From Leucoraja erinacea (Eukaryota): a DNA stretch of 64,000 nucleotides. The stretch lies in contig NC_073408.1 of NCBI RefSeq assembly GCF_028641065.1, forward strand, positions 14,322,001-14,386,000. Direction: 5' to 3'. The notes under the pieces were generated by a model. The model was not told the DNA's origin. It did no database searches and saw nothing but the letters and a program-made list of their open reading frames with translations. The translations under genes were made by a program, and so were the position numbers. This document shows positions 12,867 through 26,486 of this stretch, piece after piece (the first letter of the stretch is position 1; each line of letters opens with the position of its first letter).

Positions 12867-15800
12867 CTAGATTAATATCACTGCCTTTGTTCAAGCAAAC
12901 ACTGAGGATCTGTGTCAATGAAATCCACAGAGTGCGTGTTGGAAGAGAACGGAATCAAAAACAATGTCACAGCATCTAAAACAGCTACCCCAGTCAATGC
13001 GCCGTCAGAGGGACTTCAGTGCCTTTTATAATTCGCTGCAGCAAGGTTGTCTTACTTCAAATACGTTTCTTTCACCCATTGAAGCATTTTGATAAAGTTT
13101 AACTCTCACTTCCTGCACTGGCACTACTGAAAAATGTTTTTTCCGCCCTTGTTCAACCTATAGCACATAGGTTTAAAGTGAAGGGGGAGTTAATAGGAAT
13201 CTGACGGGCAACTTTTTTTACACAATGACAAAAATGAGAGAAAAGGGAGCACAGGATTACCTGAAATTGCAGCACATGTATGAATCTGTTTTTCATTGTT
13301 CATACTAAATTGTAGATTACCCAGATGAGATCTGAAGTGCTGTTCTTCCAATCTGGATTAGACCTCACCATGGTCATGCGAAGGCCTAGGACAGACTGGT
13401 CAGTGTGAGTAGGAAGGGGAGATGAAAGGTCTGGCAAATGGGAAGACAGAATAGCCATTAGGGACAGAGCACTTCCACGAGGCAGCTGCTTGATCTACAG
13501 CTGGTCTCGCCGATGTAGAGGAGATCACATCAGGAATACAAATTGAGTAGACAAAGTTGTAGCAGATTGTGAATCTACATCTGACCTGGAAATACTGTTT
13601 AGGTCACTGGATGGTAGTGAGGACATAGGTGTAGGAACAAGTGTAGCATCTCTTACAGTTGCAGTAGAAAGAGCTAGGGGGGCAGGGAGAGGTGGGTGGG
13701 AATGTATAAGTGAATTAGTGAGTGGCAGAGGGAAAGCAGGAAGAGATGGGGTGGGGAAGATGTGACTGCTGGTGGGATCCCATCGCAGCTGGTGGCAAGG
13801 TAAAGACCAAGGGAATAGTATCTTTGTTAAATGGAGGAAATGTGAACGGGAGGTCCATCGACCACAGCAGAGGAGAAATCACATTTTGTGGAGGACATTT
13901 GAGATGTTATAGAGTCATAGGGTCATACAGCATGGAAACAGGCCCATTGGCCCACCTTGCCAACATGTCCCAGCTACACTAGTCCCTCCTGTCTGCTTTT
14001 GGTCCATATCCCACTAAACCTGTCCTATCCACATACCTGTTTAAATGTTTCTTAAACACTGCAAGAGATAGTACCTGCCTCAATTACCTCCTCTGGCAGC
14101 TCGTTCCATGCACCCTCCACCCTATCAGGTTCCTATTAAGCCTTTCCCCTTAAACCTTATTACCTTAAACCTATGATGAAAATAACTTTACCAGAGCCTG
14201 TGTTCTGGAAAGGAAAGTCTCTTCTTGAGAGTAGATGCAACAGAAAAGGTGACACTGAGAGAAAGGGAAAGAGAGGTGGACTTACAGCACTGTGGTGCTG
14301 GCTCGAAGGACCAAATGACCTCGACTTGCACCTATTTTCTTTGTTTACAAGAGACCATGTGGGAGGAAGTCTTGTCAAGATCATTGTGCGAGTCAGTTGG
14401 ACTATGTTAAATGTCAGTAGATTGTTAGTCTCCTGAGACAGTGACAGAGAGATACAGAAAAAGGGAGAGATGCAAGAAATGGCCCAACTGAATTTTAGAT
14501 TCATAGATAGAAGATCATAGTGAAGGTGATAAACAGAGGCATTAAACTGTTTACTTGATTTTGACTCTACTCTTCTGTATTATATTCTGTGGTCAGATTG
14601 TGAATTAACCTCTTATATGGCATATGTGGAACTGCCCTGCATCTGTACACGGCCATATCATAACCAGACCTATTGGCACAGTAGATGCCGTTCCTATCTT
14701 TTCTACCAGTGCGCCACCTTGTGCATAAATTTAACATAGCAGTTACATGCTTAAAATACATTTGGTTTGGTGCATTAAATGTAATATAACATGGGTATAA
14801 TGATAAAATATAATGTAAGTTGGCACAGATTTGGTGGGTCAAAGTGTCTGTTTTCACGCTGAATCTCTCCATTACGGTGACTACCTTTTGCACCCTATTT
14901 GGTGAAAAATCTAGGCCTTTCCCAGTGGTGATCAGTTGTGAGAAATCAATGTACTCAAGTACGATGGCTCATGTGATAAATTGGCCCATTATTTGGTTGT
15001 CTTCTCTCACTGCTTTGCAGATGAAGAAGAAAGGCATTTATGTGGAGAAGCTAGATAGTCAGCAAGTAAGAACAATTCTACTTTGGAAAAATAAGGGTAT
15101 CAAGCAAGAACCAATTACTTTGTTGAGGTAGCTAAAGTAAATACTATTTAAGAATTTAAGAAATAATTTAAGACTAAGGGCATTTAGAATGGAGACGCCG
15201 AAACACTTTTTCTCACAGAGAGTTGTGAGTCTGTGGAATTCTCTGCCTCAGAGGGCGGTGGAGGCCGGTTCTCTGGATACTTTCAAGAGAGAGCTAGATA
15301 GGGCTCTTAAAGATCAACCAACTTCCAACAATCAACCAACTTCCAAATTCGCAAGTGTGTCGGATAATCAGACTTTTACTTAGCTCCATATTTGTAGTTT
15401 TCTTACTTTCAGAAAAACTGTTGCTACAGTTGCTGCAGTTATCTGCACTTTGATTTATGTACTGAATCCTAGTGTAGTTCTTGCACCATCTGCTGGTCAA
15501 ATATAAAACTGGATGTAGTTCAGAGAAGATTTACGAGGATGTCTGTGAAATTCTCTGCTTTAGGCAGAGGCAGGTTCTCTGGATGTTTTCAAGAGAGAGC
15601 TAGATAGGGCTCTTAAAAATAGTGGAGTCAGGGGATATGGGGAGTAGGCAGGAACGTGGTACTGATTGGGGATGATCGGCCATGATCACATTGAATGGCG
15701 GTGCTGGCTCGAAGGGCTGAATGGCCTACTCCTGCACCTATTGTCTATTGTCTGTTGTCTTGATGTTGCTGGGACTTGAGCTAAAGGGAGATGCTATTTA

Positions 15801-17099
15801 TTTTTATTTTTTATATGACTGTAAGGGTAAGAGAATGTCGTTGTCTCTTAATTGAAGACAATGACAATAAATTCAAATCAAAACAAGGCTGGACAGGCTG
15901 GAACTTTATTCCTTGGAGCGTATGAGGATGATGGATGCTGTGATAGATGTATATACGATCATGTGGGGAATAGATAGCGTAAATGGACAGGATATTTTAC
16001 CCACAGTAGGGGAATCAAGAGCCAGTGGACATATGTATAAAGTGAGAGAGAAAAGATTTTAACAGGAACCCGAGAGGCTACTTATTCACACACAGGGTAG
16101 TGAGTTTCTGGAAGAAGCTGCCAGAGGAGGTAGTTGAAGCAGGTACGACAAAAGTATTTGAAAGACATTTGGACAGGTACATGGTTGAAAAGGTTCAGAG
16201 GGATATGGGCCAACATGGGCAGGTGGGACCAGTAAAGGTGGGTCATCTTGCTCGGCATGGGCCAGTTGAGGTGACGGGCCTATTTCTGTGCTGTATGACT
16301 CCACGGCTCTAGAAATAATGCAAACTTAGCAAACTCGCCCGTTATTGAGTTTAAGTTGAGAAAGAAATAGCCATAAACCTCCTTATATGGGCCTGGACTG
16401 TTTGTAATGGCAAAATGTTTCTTTAATAATGTTGGATTTGAGAAGGTTGTCCAAAGCATTGATAAATAAATTCCTCATTTGTCTTTATTTTATTGCCTCA
16501 GAAAATTGGTAACAAAATCAACTGGACATACGCACATGTAAGAGCTCTCCATGTAAGAGCTATCATTGGAAATAATTCTACCTAAATCGGACCCTTACAA
16601 ATGCATCAGTAATGAAGCCATTGCCTGAGATGTGCGACTGTGGATTATCTTACTATTCTATCCACGTCTGCTGTGGGAGGCCAACCTCCTGTGCAAATAT
16701 GGAAATAGGTTTGATTTTGGGTCACCTTCTTGTCGTCTCGGACAGTTCCAGAGTTGGTGGGCGATGATCTCAGGCAGGGTGTGTGCCTGATGAGAAGCAT
16801 TTCATTCTTACATCGTAACAATTGGGGCAATGGATTCTGCATGATAACTCTAATTTTTTGCTAGATGGAGGGGAACTACAATTCTTTACTCAAGTCCAGC
16901 ATTTAATTAGAATTTACACATAATATCTGCAATGGGAACGTAAAAATCAATGATAGCAATACATAATTGCTGGCCAACTACATGATTCAGTCTTTATAAA
17001 ACCGCGAGCCATTCTACATTTTCCTCATGGTATCAAAAGTTATTGCTGTGCACGTTTGGCGATATTTTATGTAAACCACATGTAATATTTGAAGAATCA

Positions 17100-18860
17100 C
17101 TGGATTCAAGATTCAAGATTCATGATTCAAGAGAGTTTATTGTCATGTGTTCCTGATAGGACAATGAAATTCTTGCTTTGCTTCAGCACAACAGAACATA
17201 GTAGGCATGACTACAGAACAGATCAGTGTGTCCATATAGAATTATATAAATATATACACACATGAATAAATAAACTGATAATGGGCTATTAATGTTCAGA
17301 GTTTTGTCCGAGCCAAGTTTAATAGCCTGATGGCTGTGGGGAAGTAGCTATTCCTGAACTTGGTCGTTGCAGTGTTCAGGCTCCTGTACCTTCTACCCAA
17401 AGGTAGCGGGGAGATGAGTGTGTGGCCAGGTTGGTGTGGGTCCTTGATGATACTGCCAGCCTTTTTGAGGCAGCGATTGTGATAGATCCCCTCGATGGAA
17501 GGGAGGTCAGAGCCGATGACGGACCGGGCAGTGCTTACTACTTTTTGTAGTCTTTTCTGCTCCAGGGCGCTCAAGTTGCTGAACCAAGCCATGATGCAAC
17601 CGGTCAGCATGCTCTCAACTGTGCACCTGTAGAAGTTAGAGAGAGTCCTCCTTGACAAACCGACTCCCTGTAATCTTCTCAGGAAGTAGAGGTGCTAATG
17701 TGCTTTCTTAATAGTTACATCAGTGTTCTCGGACCAGGAAAGATCTTCAGAGATGTGCACGGTCAGGAATTTGAAGTTCTTGACCCTTTCAACCATCGAC
17801 CCGTTGATATAAACGGGACTGTGGGTCCCCATCCTACTTTTTCCAAAGTCCACAATCAGTTCCTTGGTTTTGCTGGTGTTGAGGGCCAGGTTATTGTGCT
17901 GGCACCATATGGACAGTCGCTCAATCTCTCTTCTATACTCTTATTCATCCCCATCAGTGATACGTCCCACAATAATGGTACCATCAGCGAGCTTGATGAT
18001 GGAGTTCGCACTATGACAGGCTACGCAGTCATGAGTATAGAGTGAGTACAGCAGGGGGATGATCACGCAGCCTTGAGGTGCTCCGTGCTGATTGTTTTCG
18101 AGGCTGACACAATTCCACCAATATGAACAGACTGTGGTCTGTGAATGAGTAAGTCGAGGATCCAGTTGCAGAGGGATGCGCAGAGACCCAGTTCTGCGAG
18201 TTTGGTAACCAGCTTGGAGGGGACGATTGTATTAAATGCCGAGCTGTAATCAATGAATAACAGCCTGACATATGAGCTTTTGTTGTCCAAGTGGTCCAGA
18301 GCAGAGTGGAGGGACAGCGAGATCGCATCCACCGCTGATCTGTTGTGGCGGTCAGCGAACTGCAGTGGGTCCAGGTTTTTGTCGAGGTAGGACTAGATTT
18401 GCGCCATGATCAACCTCTCAAAGCACTTCATCACCACAGGCGATAGTGCCGCTGGTCGATAGTCATTGAGGCACGTCACCTTGCTCTTCTTGGGCACTGG
18501 TATAATTGATGCCCTTTTAAAGCAGGTGGGAACCTCAGACCTCAGAAGTGAGAGGTTGAAAATGTCCGTAAAAACTCTAGCCAGTTGGTCCGCAAAGGTT
18601 TTTAGAACACGACCGGGTATACCATCAGGACCAGGTGCTTTTCGAGGGTTCACCCCTCTGAAGGATTTTCTGACGTCGGCCTCTGTGACTGAGACTGAAA
18701 TACCATCACAGTGAAATGGGGGCTTGGGAAGGCACATCAGTATTCTCCCCATCAAAGCGTGCATAAAATGCATTGAGCTCGTCAGGGAGTGATGTTTCGC
18801 AGACATTCGAGCTGCCTCCTTATTTCGCCTTGTTGGAGGTGATTGCATTCAGGCCCCGCT
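17100..18860 (-). mobile_element. Rex1/Babar-type LINE, disrupted reverse transcriptase (RT)
   Basis: [57 protein letters not shown]; split by stops and frameshifts. Confidence 0.9.
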
Positions 18861-19723
18861 TGGAAGGTTTTTGTAAGGATGCAGTCCTCCACACATTTCT
18901 TTATGAACAGAAACAGGATTCAGTTATCAGAGTTTGATTCACTAAGTCATTTATTATACTACTAAATAAGGTACATACACTCACGTATCCCCGAATATCC
19001 CCGAATGCACATACAGACCCAGAATACACAGCAGAGCACACCGCAGGGTGTTCAAAATCACCAGACACCGTTCGCGACACGGTCCAAGGCTGAGGTTCTC
19101 TCTCCAAAAGGGCGCCCAACACCAATATTTATGGCATTTCCTATCAGAGCAGATCGCGCCACTGCCCCCTCCCTGAGCCAATTATAAGCCCCCCTTGTCT
19201 GCAACGTTTCTGCGCCACAAGCGACTGGGGGCGTGGGTGATCTACCAAACTATGGCAGTTGTGTTTTGTTCGGCAACACCACGCTTTCCCACTACGCTTT
19301 CCCCCTCCCACACCCTCCCCCCAGTTAGTCACTCCACACCCTCGCTGGGTAACCCCAAGGCCAGTGATCGCTCTCATTGCCATCCGAAGGGGGGCTACAA
19401 TGGGTGCGGTCGCACCCCCCCTTTTTCCCCCCAAAAAAAGTCCAGAGTGAAAAAAACAAATTGAGGCGCAATATTTTTTAATTCTACACCAGGCGAGAGG
19501 GAGCCTTGCCTTTGGGCTCCTTGGCCCTCTTGTAGCCGTACAGCAACTGGATAAATCCTGGCATTGCGCTCAAAGACAGAGAGGGCATATGCTTTTTCTT
19601 CCCCCAGAGCGGCTCGTCGCCACTATCGCTGCTGCTCTCTGAGCCTTGGCAGCTCATACTGTTAAGCCTGAGGACAAGGCTTTCGAAGGCGGAATAAGAG
19701 AGGGGGGAGAGAAAGAGGGGGGA

Positions 19724-19861
19724 NNNNNNNNNNNNNNNNNNNNNNNNNNNNNNNNNNNNNNNNNNNNNNNNNNNNNNNNNNNNNNNNNNNNNNNNNNNNN
19801 NNNNNNNNNNNNNNNNNNNNNNNNNNNNNNNNNNNNNNNNNNNNNNNNNNNNNNNNNNNNN
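19724..19861. other. Assembly gap (138 N)
   Basis: Run of n. Confidence 1.
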
Positions 19862-20322
19862 GACAGACCCAAGCCGAGGCGCGAGCGGGTGGGGGAGCGA
19901 ATGAGCATGGACCAAAGGAGCGCAGGTTGTGCCGACGCAGTCTTCGGCTATGATCTTTGGTCTTCAGTCGACAGGGCGACTTTTGAACAACGGGGGGAGG
20001 AGGGAGTGGTAGTAGGTGATGTCAGTCGCAGCGCGAGCAGATGGCAGGCAGATTCATTGTCACGTCATCAGCGAAAAACAGGCATTTGATTTCAAAGTTT
20101 GATTGGATTTGTGAACATTTTTATTAATAACTCAAGAAATAAAGCACAACGTTTTCAGGTAAGTCGAATTTTGACTCCAGGGGGGAAATCTCTACCAGAA
20201 TATGTACAAAATTTCCCGTTTGCGCGTCATCTTTTCAAGAAGATGTGAAAACACATAAACAAATAAATAAATACACACGTACACACACACATCCAAGATC
20301 TGAGTTTTATCGTTATAAGGAT
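19862..20322 (-). mobile_element. Helitron-like element, 5' end
   Basis: Minus strand begins ATCCTTATAACGATAAAACTCAGATCTTG, similar to the terminus at 24337. Confidence 0.4.
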
Positions 20323-20762
20323 ATGATAGAATCAAAATCAAGAATTATAAATTCACATTTCAAAAATGGTTTCACAATTCAGTAGTACAGTGTACTGATT
20401 TTCAGTATTCCATACTGATATTTGTGAAAACATGAGGTTGCATGCAAAATACTCATTTTCAAAAATCCAGTTTTTGCATAGTACTTTCTATTGCATTTAT
20501 GTGAGAAATACAGATTTCCCCAACAAAATACTGCATTTATTCACAATCACATTGTGTTTGGGAATTCAAAATGTGATTTGTGATCTTGTTTGTGAATAAA
20601 TGGAACTAGGATCTGTTATAATAGTATGAGAGTAAATAGGTTAGTTTGAAAGTGATCATAGTAATGTAAATGCACCATTTAGTTTGACTTCAATTTTCAT
20701 GATGGAAATTGAAGCCAAACTAAATGTTGTATTCTCATCACCATTCCATGTTAAAATTGAAT

Positions 20763-20918
20763 TTGGAGCAGCCTCAGTGTAAGAGTCCCGGGCCGTCGGA
20801 GGCGTCGGAAGCATGGTGCCGTTGCCGTGAATGTCTCTGCGCCGAATTCGCCCTGGTGACCGGCATGGACCAGGCTGCAGCTCGGTGCATCCTAGAGGAC
20901 AACCAGTGGCTGCTGGAA
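20763..20918 (+). pseudogene. TDP2: Orphan TDP2 (TTRAP) exon-1-like fragment encoding the UBA-like N-terminus
   Basis: LCAEFALVTGMDQAAARCILEDNQWLLE resembles human TDP2 LCVEFASVASCDAAVAQCFLAENDWEME (recalled); ends at a GAA|GTAGGT donor; TTG in place of ATG; no further TDP2 exons seen. Confidence 0.7.
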
Positions 20919-21708
20919 GTAGGTACCAAGCACTGAGTAGATGCGGTGGAAGATAGTGGCCTTCAAATGGGGGTGGTTGGAGAAAGCATCCTGCTTGCCT
21001 GCTAGATTTTCTGTAACTGCAGGAAAAAGGGGTTAAAAATAACTTGCACGCTGTATGCAAAGGATTTCTCTGATCATACATCTCACTCCAAATACTTCCC
21101 AAAATGTTATGACATTTTATCTGTAGTTGAGATAAAATGATTAAAATTGAAAAATAGACAATTTGTAGGGGACTACTATTTTTTACTGTGGTCACCAGAG
21201 CTATACAAAAAGGCACATCCAGCTGCATACCACACAATGCTCCACACAAATGCTGCAGTTAACCACATTGTACAAATGTAGCTCCAAACCAAGCCAAGCA
21301 TAAGAACTGCAAGCGTAAAGCCACTGTCCCTTCCAATCTTTACACATTTCCTTTTTACTTTGTCTTCTTGTAACAGTTCATTGTACAAGCAAGCTGAAAT
21401 GCATGTATGCAGGCTGCTATTGTACCATCCACTTTTTATTTCCTCTGTTCTTTGAAAAGAACAACTTAGAGCAGAGAACACTGGAACTTTTCAAATCCTG
21501 CCTTATTACACCATCTTTGAGATGGAAGAAATTATGTATCAGTGGACCAATGTTAAATCCAATTTATTTGCTTCAGTGACTAACAGGAAAAGCCAAAATA
21601 TGAAATAGTAGGATTACTTTAATCATAACTTAAGATGTTTTAAAATTCAAATTATTCATTTTTTAATTGTTATATAATTCTAAGTAATTTTAAGTTTGGG
21701 ACCAAAAG

Positions 21709-21790
21709 TCCGCGAGCATTGCCAATTTCATTTCACTGCACATCTCGTATGTGTATGTGACAAATAAACTTGACTTGACTTGACTTGACT
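21709..21790 (+). mobile_element. Very short 3'-end retro-insertion (same end as the element at 63545-63627), only in unit 2
   Basis: CCGCGAGCATTGCC...AATAAA(CTTGA)n. Confidence 0.7.
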
Positions 21791-21905
21791 AAAAACCATG
21801 TGGGATTTTAATACTCAGCTATTTTTTAATGTGATTTTCAATGAGTATCATCATTATTAGTGTAGAAATGAGCCTTGTTTTTTCAGTGCAAAATGGGTAA
21901 TTGTA

Positions 21906-22462
21906 AACATAGAAAATAGGTGCAGGAGGAGGCCATTCGGCCCTTCGAGCCAGCACCGCCATTCATTGTGATCATGGCTGATCGTCCCCTATCAATAACC
22001 CATGCCTGCCTTCAACCCATAACCCCTTGACTCCACTAGCCCCTAGAGCTCCATCTAACTCTCTCTTAAATCCATCCTGTGGCAGGGAATTCCATAAATT
22101 CACAACTCTCTGGGTGAAATTTTTTTTCTCACCTCAGTCTTAAATGACCTCCCCTTTATTCTAAGACTGTGGCCCCTGGTTCTGGACTCGCCCAATATTG
22201 GGAACTTTTTTCCTGCATCTAGCTTGTCCAGTCCTTTTATAATTTTATATGTTTCTATAAGAACCCCTTCATCCTTCTAATCTCCAGTGAATACAAGCCT
22301 AGTCTTTTCAATCTGTCCTCATATGACAGTCCCGCCATCCCAGGGATCAATCTCGTGAACCTACTCTGCACTGCCTCAATCACAAGGATGTCCTTCCTCA
22401 AATTAGGAGACCAAAACTGTACACAATACTCCAGATGTGGTCTCACCAGAGCCCTATACAAC
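21906..22462 (-). mobile_element. CR1 LINE 3' fragment (only in unit 2)
   Basis: LYRALVRPHLEYCVQFWSP... Confidence 0.88.
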
Positions 22463-24317
22463 TGATGCATGAGATCTTCCCCAAACCAACCAAGATAATT
22501 CTGGCCAATATTTAGTATATGTGTAGCTGATACATTAGCTCCCATTTTTTTTGCCACTTCACTGCAATTGTCTATTTTTGCATTTAAATAGTGTCTGAAT
22601 TGCTGATTTAAAACCTGTTGTGGCCATTCACTAGCTGTTAATCAATCTGCCCTCCAAATAAGCATACAACAAGCCATAAATGTGGAACGGAAAAGGCAAT
22701 TGCCATATGAATACATGTTTTTACTAAATCTTAGTGTGGAGTTAGGAAACTCATCCATGAGGAATGCTGAGCAGAAAGATCAAGTCAAATCAAAGCAAAT
22801 CAAATTCACATTTATTGTCACATGCACCAATTAAGGTACAGTGATATTTGAGTTACCATGCAGCTATACAATTAAAAGAACACAACACAATTAAAAGAAC
22901 GATAAAACTTAACATAAACATCCACCACAGTGATCACTGTGATGGAAGGCAATAGAGTTCAGTCAGTCTTCCTCCTTTTGTTCATCTGTGTATGGGACCT
23001 TGACCCTCCATAGTCGCCGCTGCCGACGGTTCGATCCATCTCTCCTTCCTAACCCCATTCTCCTGCCTTCTTCCAATAATTCCTGACACCCGTACTAATC
23101 AGGAATATATTTATTTTTGCCTTAAATATATCCACTGACCAGGCCTCCATAGCCCTCTGTGAGAATAAATTCGACAAATTCATCATGTCCTTACAAATGA
23201 AATTCCTCCTCATCACCTTCCTAAAGGAACATCCTTTAATTCTGAGGCTATAACCTCTGGGCCTAGACTCTCCCACTAGTGGAAACATCATCTCCACATC
23301 CACTCTATCCAGGCTCGTTAAACTTGGAGCTAGAAACAAAATTCCCAAAATACATATGCTAAATATTCTCTCTTGCACAGAGCTAAGAATGGATTAGCAT
23401 CGATAGATTCCTTCCTACATCAAGGAGGATGTATTTCAGACCCAATTTCCTCGAATCTTGGCCTGGTTTTGTAAAGCAGCATGTCATTTTTTCTGAAATC
23501 TGCATGTATAAATTTTCAGGTGTTGATATAGCTCCATAGTTGTGGTGAAATAATACTATACATTCATGTTGAAAAGGTCTGGGTGATGAGAAATATGGAG
23601 ATGTAGTGGTCAGAACACATCACGCTTTGGTTAACAAAGGCCTGTACATTGCACTAGAAATGCGTTCCGCAGTCTTGAGGTTTTTTTGGGTGATTCCAAT
23701 GCACTCTTGAACAGGAAATGCATGGGGGATGGTGTACTTTAGCCTTAAGTGAAGCAATTGAAAAGAAATAGCAAAGCATTGACAATAAAGAAATGCCAGT
23801 GATAAGATTCACAGCAGGAAAAATATTCCAATGGCATTGATGGCATTCAAGCTTCAATTTTACATATTGGTTTATTAAGCTAAGATAAGCTGTCACGCAG
23901 CCTAATAGTGAGAATCATATACGACATGGAAAAGTCCAATCAAATCCAATCAATCCAATTAAATCAAATTGACTCCATATTATCCAGTCTCACTCTGCTG
24001 TCTCTTCTTTTTCAAAGCCACCATAAACTGTTAACAGCAAACAGGGAATTAGATTTTTTTTTCAAAATTTACTCTCAGTGAGTTTCATTTCAAAACTTTC
24101 TTGCTGCTCCCCTTGTGAAATGTTATGTCACTCTCTCATTATTCAACTTTCCCTTTCATCCTTTTAACCTTTGCAAAGTTGACTAAATAAAAGGGCTTTT
24201 CCTTTCAAGTCTCTTCATGAATAATTCCACGTCTTGGTGGCTTTGTGGAGAGTTGATGCTGCACTTTTTCCAGAAATGAATTTCCTCTCCAAACTTCCTC
24301 CCTAACTTCAGTAGGTC

Positions 24318-25320
24318 TATCTATCATCTATATATCATCTATATAATTAAAAGTGTCATCTTGACCACTGCCTGTCTGTGCTGTATATTGATTTTAGAAA
24401 AAAACGCTGTCATATATCGCTATGATTTTTGGCCATCTTACTCACAGTCCTCCTCTGCTGAGCAGGTCCTGAGGATTTTTCCCATCAATGAAAAATGAAA
24501 AAGTTATGAGTGTTTAAAAAACCATGAGATACTCTCGCCTTTCAATCACCGCGATGAAGGTAATGCCCTTTCTGGGGGTGGGGGGGCAGGACTATAAAAC
24601 CCCGGATGCCTGGACGTGACTCAGTCACTCTGCAAGATCGTGAGGGAGAGAGCATGACTCTCATTCTAAGCTGTGAGTCGGCATTTCTATTGCCATTGCC
24701 AACTGAACTGTGAGTCTGCATTGTACTTGCAATAAATGATTTGTTAGCCCTTAATGAAAATAAAATGAGTTGTTTGGCCTGCCTTGTGCTTGAAACTGCA
24801 ATGGCAATGGAAGTGAAATGAAAATGCAATGAGTTGTTTGGCCTGCCCTGTGCTTAAACCTGCAATGGAAATGGAAATGAAATGAAAATGCAATGAGCTG
24901 TTTGGCCTGCCCTGTGCTTGAAAATGCAATGAGCTGTTTGCCCTGCTCTGTACTTGAAATGGAAATAAAATGAAATGAGTTGTTTGGCCTGCTTGAAACC
25001 ACTAATTTCAGTCCACAAGGCCCCTAATAGCCGAGTCACCAGCCGAGATATTCTCTCTCTCTCTCCCCCTCTCTCCCTCTCTCCCTCTCTCCCCCCCTCC
25101 CCCCCATGGATTGGTCTTTTCTCCTGTCACTCTCCGGGATGGTCCGCCACTTCCTGCGCCATCACGTCTTTACTGGAGCTGAGGATGGCCATCGGAGGTC
25201 TCCAAACGGACAATTTTCGGACGGCCCGGAAGCGGACCGGCCCACCCCAGCCTGGCGCGGAGTCGGAGATGTCGCCAAATGGAGAGCAGGGACTCTGATC
25301 CTGGCGGAGGAGAACAACCA
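24318..25320 (+). mobile_element. Helitron-like insertion with an internal minisatellite
   Basis: Starts ATCTATATAATTAAAAG; about five copies of TGAGTTGTTTGGCCTGCC(C)TGTGCTTGAAA at 24765-24998; occupies the place of A sequence 4082-5572. Confidence 0.45.
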
Positions 25321-25669
25321 TCAACTAGCACCCGCTGTGAATCCCCATCGCACCGCCAGCTCCCTTGCTGGCTCCTGTCCCCCTCACCCGTGATACCCCC
25401 TCTTCACCATGGCTCTTCCCTCTTTTCTCTGAGCTCTCTCCCCCCCACAACCCCTCCCGCCCAAAACACCCCCCCCACAACCCCAGTTCGTCCGCACCTC
25501 CCTCCCCCACCTCCCCAGCCCACACTACCCCCCCACCTTCACAAGCCCCGCCGCCTACCCACAAACCTCGCCAACAGCCCCCTCCCCGCACAACCACCCC
25601 AACTCACACCACCCCTTACCACCCCCCCCCCCCCCCTCCACAATCCCCCCACCGAACACCCTCTTTTAC

Positions 25670-25768
25670 CTTTTTGTTACCTATTTCGGAACAGGCAAAA
25701 ATATATTATTGCCAAAATGATGGCAGTAGTTAGGGGGACCAGGACCAGGGCATAAAGCCAAGGATAAT
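25670..25768 (-). CDS. Gene B TM exon DYPWLYALVLVPLTTAIILAIIYFCLFRNR*
   Basis: Homologous to the A TM exon; CAA>TAA stop lies before the retained donor at 25669. Confidence 0.8.
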
Positions 25769-26168
25769 CTGTGAAAGAAAATTCAAGGTTTCAACTAAAT
25801 GTAATGTTTCAGCTCTGAGAAACATAAAAAGTATAAAAAAAATACACTGCAATCGTTTTACTATATTTGACAGCAGGGTACATATTTCTTTCAAAGAGAC
25901 ACACTGCCATTTATAAACAAAACTACAGCACTCTAATGTTTAAATGTTCCAATTCTTCAATGGAAACACTATAAAATCAAAGCATTTGAAGATGACAGCA
26001 GTAAATCGTCTTTACTACATATGATTTGTAAAATAAATAAAATATTACAATTGATCAATCACTAAGATCAATAAAAAAGACATTGAACTAATTAAGCTGA
26101 GGTGTTATTTGCTAAGAATGATTCCACCTCAATTACCTAGGCACATGTATAATTACATTTCTATTTAC

Positions 26169-26486
26169 CTTTCCGTTTTGTGTTTATCGAGATACTTCTG
26201 TTTCTCCAGCCGTAGTCGTTTTTTGCCATGCACCAATACATTCCTTCATCTTTACGCTGGAAACGTATCCATTCTTTTGAACTGTTGAACCCGACTCCAG
26301 TTTGCAACGTTACATTATGATTCTCCGTAGCATTTGTCCAGAAAACAGTGGGCACCGGATTACTATCTACGCGACAATTCAGTTCCAGGAATGAATCAGC
26401 AGCAACAAAGATGATGCTATCATTGATCAGTCGAAAAGTATCCACTGCTTTCAACCTGTATGTTATTAATAGATCTTGTGGTCCAT
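26169..26486 (-). CDS. Gene B I/C2-set exon
   Basis: 318 nt, AG/GT; 3 amino-acid differences from A. Confidence 0.93.

Larger units (their letters stand above)
665..16843. repeat. Tandem segmental duplication, unit 1
   Basis: Colinear with 21030-36262 apart from copy-specific insertions and deletions. Confidence 0.9.

Noticed and set aside
13722-15131. ORFs conserved between 13.7-15.1 kb and 33.2-34.6 kb
   Set aside because: Conservation reflects the recent duplication of repeat-derived, non-coding DNA.
18860-20089. ORFs next to or spanning the N gap
   Set aside because: Noisy contig-end or repeat sequence with no protein motifs.
22926-22941. CACAGTG-AT-CACTGTG, two RSS-like heptamers
   Set aside because: Inside a repeat, no nonamer at 12/23 spacing, wrong orientation for a signal joint, and far from any V exon.
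24765-24998. Repeat-spacer-like array
   Set aside because: Eukaryotic minisatellite inside a transposon; the spacers are related low-complexity GAAAT units, not CRISPR.
25279-25755. Proline-rich ORFs
   Set aside because: Low-complexity C-rich, probably low-accuracy sequence; open in several frames.
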